From: an uncultured Alphaproteobacteria bacterium
GTDB lineage: Bacteria > Pseudomonadota > Alphaproteobacteria > Sphingomonadales > Sphingomonadaceae
Length of the DNA stretch: 64,000 nucleotides
Direction of reading: 5' to 3'
NCBI GenBank assembly: GCA_963728375.1
Contig: CAVSJL010000002.1
Span: 37,322 to 101,321 of the forward strand
How positions within the stretch are numbered: position 1 is the stretch's first letter; each line of letters begins with the position of its first letter. The notes under the pieces are model-generated. The model saw only the letters and a program-made list of their open reading frames with translations. It made no database searches and had not been told where the DNA came from. Shown here piece by piece: positions 1-7,312 of the stretch. The translations under genes were made by a program, and so were the position numbers.

Positions 1-431
1 CGTCGGTATCGACGCCGAATTCCTGCAGGTAATCGTGCTTGGCGCTTCATCTCCTCGTACTCGAGGAACATGCCGTATTCGCTTTCCGGCATGCCGATCG
101 TGTCGAGCAGGTGGCTGTAGGCGGCGATGTGCACCGTCTCCATGTTGGAAAAGGCGGTCAGCATCATCTTGATCTCGGTCGGCTTGAACACCCGGCCGTA
201 CTTCTCGTGGTAGCAATCCTGCACCTCGATATCGGCCTGGGTGAAGAAGCGGAATATCTGCGTGAGCAGGTTTCGCTCGTGATCGGAGAGCTTCTGCGCC
301 CAGTCGCGGCAGTCCTCGCCCAGCGGCACTTCTTCAGGCAACCAGTGGACCTGCTGCTGGCGCTTCCAGAACTCGTAGGCCCACGGATATTCGAACGGCT
401 TGTAGGTCTTGCGGGCTTCGAGGAGGGACAT
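1..431 (-). CDS. nrdB: ribonucleoside-diphosphate reductase beta subunit (class I R2). Only the 5' part is present; the gene runs off the left edge. Apparent 1-nt insertion near 42-45.
   Basis: Not in the ORF track because there is no stop in the window. My own translation from ATG (431-429) gives MSLLEARKTYKPFEYPWAYEFWKRQQQVHWLPEEVPLGEDCRDWAQKLSDHERNLLTQIFRFFTQADIEVQDCYHEKYGRVFKPTEIKMMLTAFSNMETVHIAAYSHLLDTIGMPESEYGMFLEYEEMK, a typical R2 N-terminus. The expected continuation KHDYLQEFGVDTD is present but one base out of frame. Confidence 0.9.
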   Translation of the reverse strand, partial: MSLLEARKTYKPFEYPWAYEFWKRQQQVHWLPEEVPLGEDCRDWAQKLSDHERNLLTQIFRFFTQADIEVQDCYHEKYGRVFKPTEIKMMLTAFSNMETVHIAAYSHLLDTIGMPESEYGMFLEYEEMKRQARLPAGIRRRYR

Positions 432-457
432 CTGGTAGCTCCGGTTTCTTTGAGGCC

Positions 458-471
458 CACGATATAGCGTG
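458..471 (-). promoter_or_regulatory. NrdR-box-like palindrome in the nrdB leader
   Basis: CACGATATAGCGTG is palindromic at 12 of 14 positions with an ATAT core. It lies 27 nt upstream of the nrdB ATG and resembles the published NrdR consensus acaCwAtATaTwGtgt. Only a single box was found. Confidence 0.3.
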
Positions 472-772
472 TCTGGGCCAGTAAGGGAATCGACTTCGGG
501 CCTTTTTCGAGGGTGCGGGCGCGCTTTTCGGCGCCTCGATTCGCTCCCCGGCGGCGAAGCTGGAAGAGTATGGGCAAGGTGCGATTCGGGCGAAGGGCGC
601 ACGCCGACGCGATTGGGGATAAATAGCGCGGTAACCATGCGGAACCGAGCCGGGTTTCGCGGATTTCATCGGCAACGGCAGCGATAGGGCAAAACCCGTA
701 CTGCCGCATGAGGGAAAACGCGGGCGGTGCTCCGAATTTTCCCCTTTTCGCGGGGCACCGTCCCGCACCCTC

Positions 773-800
773 GCGCCCCCCTGCTTCGGTAGGGGGGCGC
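773..800 (-). terminator. GC-rich hairpin downstream of the PepSY-TM gene
   Basis: GCGCCCCCCT / AGGGGGGCGC forms a perfect 10-bp stem around GCTTCGGT (UUCG-type loop), 16 nt after the stop at 816-818. There is no clear U-tract. Confidence 0.55.
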
Positions 801-815
801 TCTAGGTTTGGCGGC

Positions 816-1200
816 CTATTTCCAGAACCAGCGATCGTTCGCCCGGCGCCTTGCCCGCTCGCGCCACATGCGCACGTATATCCAGATGCCGCTGAAACTG
901 AAGAACAGCAGCGCGAGGCCGGAGAGGAACGAGATCGCCTCGCCCGCCTTGCCGAACTGCTCGCCCGAATGGAGGTGGTGGAACAGGCCGGTGAGCGACG
1001 CGAGGCCGGTGCGCTCGCCCCGCGGCGGCGTGCAGCGCCAGCCTTCGGGGCAGACGAAGCCGGCGGGCGGCGCGACCTCCGCGGACGGCGCCGCCGGCCT
1101 CGCCCGCCCACGCGGCGAGGTGGCTAAACAATCCCGTCGCCGCGATCCACAGCAGGAACATGGCGAAGAATACCGACAGCCAACGATGCCACTTGCGCAT
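816..1200 (-). pseudogene. small PepSY-associated TM-helix protein; apparent frameshift between ~1040 and 1120
   Basis: The N-terminus MRKWHRWLSVFFAMFLLWIAATGLFSHL is in the frame of ORF 802..1647. The C-terminus ...GERTGLASLTGLFHHLHSGEQFGKAGEAISFLSGLALLFFSFSGIWIYVRMWRERARRRANDRWFWK* is in another frame, ending at TAG 816-818. Both halves match the PepSY_TM pattern. Confidence 0.65.
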
Positions 1201-1212
1201 GGACCCCCTCAT

Positions 1213-1229
1213 TTGCGAATCATTCGCAA
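1213..1229. promoter_or_regulatory. Fur-family-like operator (perfect 8-1-8 palindrome)
   Basis: TTGCGAAT-C-ATTCGCAA lies 13 nt upstream of the PepSY-TM start. Each half matches the classic 7-1-7 Fur box TGATAATnATTATCA at 5 of 7 positions. Confidence 0.45.
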
Positions 1230-1294
1230 GAGCCCTTGGAGAATGCGCCGCGGCACCGCAAGCGGCGGATTGTAACGCTTTGTCGAATTGCTTC

Positions 1295-1320
1295 GGCACT
1301 CTTGCCGCTTCGCGTGCGTT
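1295..1320 (+). promoter_or_regulatory. possible sigma-EcfG-type promoter (GGCAC-N17-CGTT)
   Basis: It differs from GGAAC-N16/17-CGTT at one position. It ends 36 nt upstream of the DUF2171 ATG, which has an AAGGAG RBS. Confidence 0.3.
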
Positions 1321-1356
1321 AGGGAGGTGAACCCCCGGGCAAAGAAGGAGACTGCC

Positions 1357-1623
1357 ATGACCACCGATACCAGCGCCATAAAGGAACACATGGAAGTGAT
1401 CGGCGCCGACGGCGTTCACGTCGGCACTGTCGACCGCGTCGAAGGCGATCACATCAAGCTGACGAAGAAGAGCTCGTCCGCCCAGGTCGAGGGCGCCGAA
1501 GGCAAGCACGAAGGTCACCACCACACGATCCCGATCGGCCTCGTCGCCGACATCGAGGGCGACAAGGTCCGTCTCAGCGCAACAGGCGCGAACGCGATGA
1601 ACTTCGAGGAAGAGGCCGAGTGA
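1357..1623 (+). CDS. DUF2171 domain protein
   Basis: Inner ATG of ORF 1288..1623, preceded by the AAGGAG RBS. Sequence: MTTDTSAIKEHMEVIGADGVHVGTVDRVEGDHIKLTKK...HHHTIPIGLVADIEGDKVRL. Confidence 0.8.
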   Translation: MTTDTSAIKEHMEVIGADGVHVGTVDRVEGDHIKLTKKSSSAQVEGAEGKHEGHHHTIPIGLVADIEGDKVRLSATGANAMNFEEEAE

Positions 1624-1650
1624 ACCCTCTCGCTTAGCACCCCGCAAACG

Positions 1651-1679
1651 AAAAGGGCCGGCATTGCGCCGGCCCTTTC
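1651..1679. terminator. bidirectional rho-independent terminator (DUF2171 / nrdA)
   Basis: AAA-AGGGCCGGC-ATTGC-GCCGGCCCT-TTT: a 9-bp GC stem flanked by an A-tract and a T-tract, placed between convergent stops at 1623 and 1701. Confidence 0.75.
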
Positions 1680-1700
1680 TCGTTCAGCGTTCCTGAAACC

Positions 1701-3740
1701 TCACTGGCAGGCGAGGCATTCGTCGTAATCCGTCGTCGGCAGTTCGTACTTGGGCGCCTCGGCGGTGTTGTCCGCTTCGACCCCGCCGGCGAACCCCGCC
1801 CGCTGCACGCTCTTGGAACGCAGGTAGTAGAGGCTCTTGATACCCTTTTCCCACGCCTGGAAGTGCAGCATGGCAAGATCCCACTTGTCGACGTCGGCGG
1901 GAATGAACAGGTTGAGGCTCTGCGCCTGGTCGATGAACGGGGTGCGGTCGCCGGCGAATTCGAGCAGCCAGCGCTGGTCGATTTCGAAACTGGTCTTGTA
2001 GACCGCCTTCTCCTCGGGCGTGAGGAAGTCGAGGTGCTGGACGCTGCCACCCTTTTCGAGGATCGAGTTCCACACGTTGGTGGAATTCTTGCTCTTCTTC
2101 TCGAGCAGCTTCTCCAGGTAGGGATTCTTCACCACGAACGAACCCGATAGCGTCTTGTGGGTGTAGATGTTCGCGGGGATCGGCTCGATGCAGGCGCTCG
2201 TGCCACCGCAGATGATGCTGATCGATGCGGTCGGCGCGATCGCCATCTTGCAGCTGAACCGCTCCATCGCGCCCGCGTCCGCCGCATCCGGGCACGGCCC
2301 GCGTTCTTCGGCGAGGACCATGCTGGCTTCCTCGGCCTTGGCGGCGACGTGCTTGAACATTTTCAGGTTCCAGACCTTGGCCATCGGGCTTTCGAAGCCG
2401 ATGCCCTTCATCTGGAGGAACGAATGGAAGCCCATCACGCCCATGCCGACGCTGCGTTCGCGCATGGCGGAATACTTGGCGCGCCCCATCTCGTCCGGGG
2501 CGCGGTCGATGTAGTCCTGCAGCACGTTGTCGAGGAAGCGCATGACGTCCTCGATGAATGACTTTTCGCCTTCCCACTCGTCCCACTTCTCGAGGTTGAG
2601 CGAGGACAGGCAGCACACCGCGGTGCGATCGTTGCCGAGGTGGTCGATACCGGTCGGCAAGGTGATTTCCGAACACAGGTTCGAGGTCGAAACCTTGAGG
2701 CCCAGCTCGCGGTGATGCTTGGGCATCATCCGGTTCACCGTGTCGGAGAACACGATGTAGGGCTCGCCGGTCGCGAGCCGCGTCTCGACGAGCTTCTGGA
2801 ACAGGCTGCGCGCATCGACGGTTGCGCGGGTCTCGCCGGTCTTGGGGCTGACGAGGTTCCATTCCTCGCCCGCGCGCACAGCCTCCATGAAGGCATCGGA
2901 CACCAGCACGCCGTGGTGCAGGTTCAGCGCCTTGCGGTTGAAGTCGCCGCTGGGCTTCCGGATCTCGAGGAACTCCTCGATCTCGGGATGCGAGACGTCG
3001 AGATAACATGCGGCCGAGCCGCGCCGCAGCGAGCCCTGCGAGATCGCCAGCGTCAGGCTGTCCATCACGCGGACGAACGGGATGATGCCGCTGGTCTTGC
3101 CGTTGAGGCCGACCGGCTCGCCGATCCCGCGAACGTTGCCCCAGTATGTCCCGATGCCGCCGCCCTTGCTGGCGAGCCAGACGTTCTCGTTCCAGGTGTT
3201 GACGATTCCGTCGAGGCTGTCGGACACCGAGTTGAGGTAGCAACTGATCGGCAAGCCGCGATTGGTCCCGCCGTTCGACAACACTGGCGTGGCAGGCATG
3301 AACCACAGTCTGGAGATATAGTCGTAGAGGCGCTGCGCATGGTCCTGGTCGTCGGCGTAGGCGTCGGCAACGCGCGCGAAGAGATCCTGGTAGTTTTCGT
3401 CGGGCAGCAGGTAGCGGTCGGTCAGCGTGTCCTTGCCGAATTCCGTGAGAAGCGCATCGCGCGATTCGTCGGTGACGACATCGAAACGCCGGTCGGCGAT
3501 CTTCTTGCTGTCTTCTTCGGGCTTGACGGCGGCTTTGATCGCCTCGGCCATGGCGCCCGCCATCGCTTCGGTCGCCATGTCAGCGACGAGCGCCTCGCTA
3601 CCCTTGTCCGCCTTGTCCATCTTCACCGCCGCGCGCTTGGGGGAAGGCGTTTCGCTTGGGGTGCCAGAGCTGCTGCCAACGTGATCGACAGTCGTTTCCT
3701 CGAGCCCCATGGCCGCCTCGTTCCCGGTCCTGAATTCCAT
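1701..3740 (-). CDS. nrdA: ribonucleoside-diphosphate reductase alpha subunit (class I large subunit, no obvious ATP-cone)
   Basis: ORF 1701..3740, 679 aa. Motifs: PATPVLSNGGT, SCYLNSV, NLCSEITLP, CCLSSLNL, IAPTASIS, C-terminal ...DECLACQ. The start could instead be the second ATG at 3710. Confidence 0.93.
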   Translation of the reverse strand: MEFRTGNEAAMGLEETTVDHVGSSSGTPSETPSPKRAAVKMDKADKGSEALVADMATEAMAGAMAEAIKAAVKPEEDSKKIADRRFDVVTDESRDALLTEFGKDTLTDRYLLPDENYQDLFARVADAYADDQDHAQRLYDYISRLWFMPATPVLSNGGTNRGLPISCYLNSVSDSLDGIVNTWNENVWLASKGGGIGTYWGNVRGIGEPVGLNGKTSGIIPFVRVMDSLTLAISQGSLRRGSAACYLDVSHPEIEEFLEIRKPSGDFNRKALNLHHGVLVSDAFMEAVRAGEEWNLVSPKTGETRATVDARSLFQKLVETRLATGEPYIVFSDTVNRMMPKHHRELGLKVSTSNLCSEITLPTGIDHLGNDRTAVCCLSSLNLEKWDEWEGEKSFIEDVMRFLDNVLQDYIDRAPDEMGRAKYSAMRERSVGMGVMGFHSFLQMKGIGFESPMAKVWNLKMFKHVAAKAEEASMVLAEERGPCPDAADAGAMERFSCKMAIAPTASISIICGGTSACIEPIPANIYTHKTLSGSFVVKNPYLEKLLEKKSKNSTNVWNSILEKGGSVQHLDFLTPEEKAVYKTSFEIDQRWLLEFAGDRTPFIDQAQSLNLFIPADVDKWDLAMLHFQAWEKGIKSLYYLRSKSVQRAGFAGGVEADNTAEAPKYELPTTDYDECLACQ

Positions 3741-4299
3741 TTTGTCGCCCCGTCCGTCTGTCTGATCGAAAAACCGGTATTCCCCGTCCGGTGTTCCGCA
3801 TTCGTTCGATTCGGAGCCGAAGCGCCCCGACTACCATTTCCGGGCACCGGCCGGGGATAAACTTTTCCCCAGATCGGTCCCCAGCGACGGTTGGCGAAGG
3901 GCCATGCAAGACGCAGTTTTGCCGGCCCGCCCATATGGGGCGATTTCGGCGTAAAACTAGGTCTTGTGGGTCCCCCTCGGTGCCCAACCACCATGGATAG
4001 TGAATCAACCCGGACTCGGGCGCAATAGGGTCAACGCCGGATTAACCCTGATTCGGGTGAGATCGGGCGAAGTGTATTACACTTGTGCAACGCCGCGACG
4101 CGCCGGATTTCCACGGCTCGCGCCGGGCGCAAGGGGCAATCGACTTTTCGCAAAAATATTTTTGTCCCCGGTTGGCTTTGGATGGAAAGAATCCAGGGCC
4201 GCAATTTCCGAATCGGTAGCCGCAATCTGGTGCCACGCTAGCGGGAACCCGTCTTCCATCTGGACGCTTGAGATTCGCAGCCAATCTGGAGCTTCAATC

Positions 4300-4887
4300 A
4301 TGGCACGAGACAACCCCCAACCGAGCGCCCCCAACGCCGTTGTCGCTGCCGACATTTCGCTGGTCGGGACCGTCGACGAAGCGATGGCCTGCACTCTGCG
4401 CGACAAGCTGGCCGCGCTCGACGGCGACAGCGAAACGATCACGATCGACATCACCACGCTTGGCGGTGATCCCGAAATGGCGCGCCGGATGATCTTCGAC
4501 CTCGACGCGGTTCGCGGGCGAATGCCGAACTGCCGCTTTCGCTTTTTTGGCAAGAGCGTCGTCTATTCGGCCGGGGTCACCTTCATGGCTGCGTTTCCGC
4601 GCGAAGAGCGCTTCCTGACCAAAGACGCGATGCTGCTGATCCATTGCCGGCAGATCAAGAAGACATTCGAGATGGACGGCCCCATTCGCGCTGAGATCCC
4701 GCGGATCGAAGCCCTGCTCCACGAGTTCCGCACCGGCGTGGACCTCGAAGTCGAGAACTTCGAGCGCCTGATAGAAGGCAGCAAAGTGACGATCGACGAG
4801 CTCCTCGAAAAGGCGCTCTACAACTGGTACCTGACCGCGGAAGAAGCCGTCGAGAAAGGGCTCATAGCAGGTATCGTCGAAGCCTGA
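4300..4887 (+). CDS. ClpP-like (peptidase S14 / ClpP-crotonase fold) protein
   Basis: Inner ATG of ORF 3964..4887. Sequence MARDNPQ...ITIDITTLGGDPEMARRM...SVVYSAGVTFMAA...MLLIHCRQ aligns by eye to the ClpP Ser and His regions. Confidence 0.6.
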   Translation: MARDNPQPSAPNAVVAADISLVGTVDEAMACTLRDKLAALDGDSETITIDITTLGGDPEMARRMIFDLDAVRGRMPNCRFRFFGKSVVYSAGVTFMAAFPREERFLTKDAMLLIHCRQIKKTFEMDGPIRAEIPRIEALLHEFRTGVDLEVENFERLIEGSKVTIDELLEKALYNWYLTAEEAVEKGLIAGIVEA

Positions 4888-4972
4888 ATTCCGTTTGACC
4901 AACCCCTGCTGACTGGGCACCATTCGCACGGGCCGCTCGCACCTTCTGGTGCGCGTGATGGAGCGTCCGACC

Positions 4973-6355
4973 ATGGCGACAGCGCCCATTCACGACCTGC
5001 CGACTGGCAGGCGTGACCTGTTCGGCCATCCGCGCGGCCTTACCGTGCTTGCTACGACTGAAATGTGGGAGCGCTTTTCATTCCTCGGGATGCAGGCGCT
5101 CCTCTTGCTGTACATGACCAAGTATCTCCTGCAGCCCGAACACGCGGCGAGGGTTTGGGGACTGGCTTCGTTCCGGTCCGGGGTCGAGAGCGTTACCGGC
5201 CCGCTAAGCGACCTTGCATTCGCGGCGCAGACGTTCGGACTGTATTCGGGTCTCGTATATCTGACCCCCATTGCGGGCGCCTGGCTCGGCGACCGTGTTC
5301 TCGGGCGCACGCGCACGGTCACCATCGGCTGCCTGCTGATGGCAGCCGGGCACCTGACAATGGCGGTCGAGACCGCATTTCTGCTGGCGCTCACATTGCT
5401 GATCCTGGGCGCGGGATGCCTCGTCGGGAACATGGCGGCCCAGGTCGGCGCCCTGTACGCCCCCCAAGACGAACGCCGAACGCGGGCATTCGGGGTCTAT
5501 CTCATCACGCTCAACATCGGGGCGCTGGTGGCGCCGCTGATCGTCGGCACTTTGGGTGAGGACGTTTCGTGGCACCTCGGTTTCGGCGCAGCGGGCGTGG
5601 GAATGCTGATCGGACTCGTCACCTACCTTTGGGGCCGCCGCTTCCTCCCGCCAGACAGGATCGTCGCACGCGGGCCCAAGGTCGAATTGTCGCGCGGGGA
5701 GAAGAGGCGGGTCGCGACGATCCTGCTAATGCTTTTCGTGCCCTACATGCTCTATTTCGCGGTCACCAACGAATCCTATTCCATCATGTTCGTGTGGGCC
5801 GATACGCAGGTCGATCGAACAATAATGGGCTTCGAGATGCCCGTCACCTGGATCGGCATCTTCGACGGCATCCTGACGATTCTGGGCGTCTGGCTGGGCA
5901 ACCGAATCCTGGTGGCGCTGCAGCGGCGCAAGCGCGACCCGGGCGAGGTCGCTCGGATCGGCATAGGCTTTACCGGCGTGGCGATCGCCTTCTTGTTCGC
6001 ATGGGCCATGTCCCTCATGTCAATGACACCACTGATCCTGTGGATCGTCTTCTTTGTAATCCAGGACTTCAGTTATGCCGCTTTCATCGAGCCGGCGATG
6101 CCGTCGATCGTTTCGCGCGATTCGCCCGAGGCGGTGACCTCGATGATGATGGCCATGTGGCGCGCGTCACAGGGCGTCGCCTATTTCGTTGCAGGCTGGC
6201 TGGCGCGCTTCTACGAACCGCTCGGCGCTCCGCGATTCTGGTTGCTCTGCAGCGCCATCGCGGCGTTTTCGATGGTCGTCACCCTCGGAGCCCGGCGCTG
6301 GTGGATTCATGCGCTGGGCCCCGCAGAGGAAGAGATCGAAGACCTTCTCACCTAA
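4973..6355 (+). CDS. POT/PTR2-family di-/tripeptide:H+ symporter
   Basis: ORF 4949..6355. It has the ATTEMWERFSFLGMQALLLLYM motif (ExxERFxYYG type) and multiple TM segments. The start was chosen at MATAPIHD. Confidence 0.85.
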   Translation: MATAPIHDLPTGRRDLFGHPRGLTVLATTEMWERFSFLGMQALLLLYMTKYLLQPEHAARVWGLASFRSGVESVTGPLSDLAFAAQTFGLYSGLVYLTPIAGAWLGDRVLGRTRTVTIGCLLMAAGHLTMAVETAFLLALTLLILGAGCLVGNMAAQVGALYAPQDERRTRAFGVYLITLNIGALVAPLIVGTLGEDVSWHLGFGAAGVGMLIGLVTYLWGRRFLPPDRIVARGPKVELSRGEKRRVATILLMLFVPYMLYFAVTNESYSIMFVWADTQVDRTIMGFEMPVTWIGIFDGILTILGVWLGNRILVALQRRKRDPGEVARIGIGFTGVAIAFLFAWAMSLMSMTPLILWIVFFVIQDFSYAAFIEPAMPSIVSRDSPEAVTSMMMAMWRASQGVAYFVAGWLARFYEPLGAPRFWLLCSAIAAFSMVVTLGARRWWIHALGPAEEEIEDLLT

Positions 6356-7242
6356 CCCTTTGTGGCCTTCGCATGCTCCGCGATCGCGTCGGCGATCTCG
6401 TCGACAAGCTGGAGCGGGAGGTCATGGCCCATGCCGGGGATCGTCTTGAGCTTCGCGCCCGCGACGTGCTTCGCAGTGTCCTTGCCGCCCTCGACCGGAA
6501 CCAGCGGATCCGCCTCGCCATGGATCACCAGTGTCGGGGCCTTGACCGCCTGCAACCGCTCGCGCCGGTCGCCGTCCGCGACGATCGCGGCGAACTGGCG
6601 CGGCATACCGGCCGGATAGAAACTGCGCCGGATCAGCGCGTGGCTGCGCTCTCGCAAGGCGTGCTCGTCGGGCCGATAGGCAGGACTGCCGATCGCGTGC
6701 GCGACCTTCAGGCCGTGTTCGACAAGGACATCTTCGTCCATCGAGGCGGGCCGCTTGGTGAGCGCGGAAATCGCCTCCTTCGTCCCACCGGGCAGCTTGC
6801 GGTGACCGGTGGTCGACATGATCGAGGTGAGGCTGATCACGCGCTCGGGATGGCTGAAAGCCATGTGCTGCACGATCATCCCGCCCATGCTCGCGCCGAC
6901 GATATGCGCCTTTTCGATGCCCAGCGCGTCCAGGAGCCCGATACCGTCGTCTGCCATGTCGGCGAGCGTGTAGGGCACCTTCGGCTTGAAACCGAAGCGG
7001 CTGAGTAGCAGCAGCTTGAGCATGCCGGGGGACTTCGCCCCTTCGAACTTGTGGCTGAGGCCGATGTCCCGGTTGTCGTACCGGATCACCCGGAAGCCGC
7101 GCGCTACCAGCGCCTCTACGAGTTCCATCGGCCACAGCGTCATCTGCGCGCCGAGGCCCATGACGAGCAGCAGCGGAGGCGCCGCGGGGTCCCCATGCTC
7201 GTCGTATTCGAGCGTGATCCCGTTAGCTTCGATCTGCGGCAT
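6352..7242 (-). CDS. alpha/beta-fold hydrolase
   Basis: 296 aa, with LLLVMGLG, the nucleophile elbow GASMGG, and C-terminal GMGHDLP. Confidence 0.85.
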   Translation of the reverse strand: MPQIEANGITLEYDEHGDPAAPPLLLVMGLGAQMTLWPMELVEALVARGFRVIRYDNRDIGLSHKFEGAKSPGMLKLLLLSRFGFKPKVPYTLADMADDGIGLLDALGIEKAHIVGASMGGMIVQHMAFSHPERVISLTSIMSTTGHRKLPGGTKEAISALTKRPASMDEDVLVEHGLKVAHAIGSPAYRPDEHALRERSHALIRRSFYPAGMPRQFAAIVADGDRRERLQAVKAPTLVIHGEADPLVPVEGGKDTAKHVAGAKLKTIPGMGHDLPLQLVDEIADAIAEHAKATKG

Positions 7243-7312
7243 CCGTCAGTTCCCCTCTAGGCGCCTACCGGCGCGCCGAAGACGCGACGTAGCACGCAGC
7301 ATGCGACGACTG

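Noticed and set aside
432-815. A cobalamin riboswitch upstream of nrdB (GGTGCC...AAAAGGGGAA looked suggestive), and likewise in the nrdA leader at 3741-4010
   Set aside because: I could find no B12-box or GCCACTG core, and no CCCGCAACTG-type conserved junction in either leader. The similarity is limited to a few short words.
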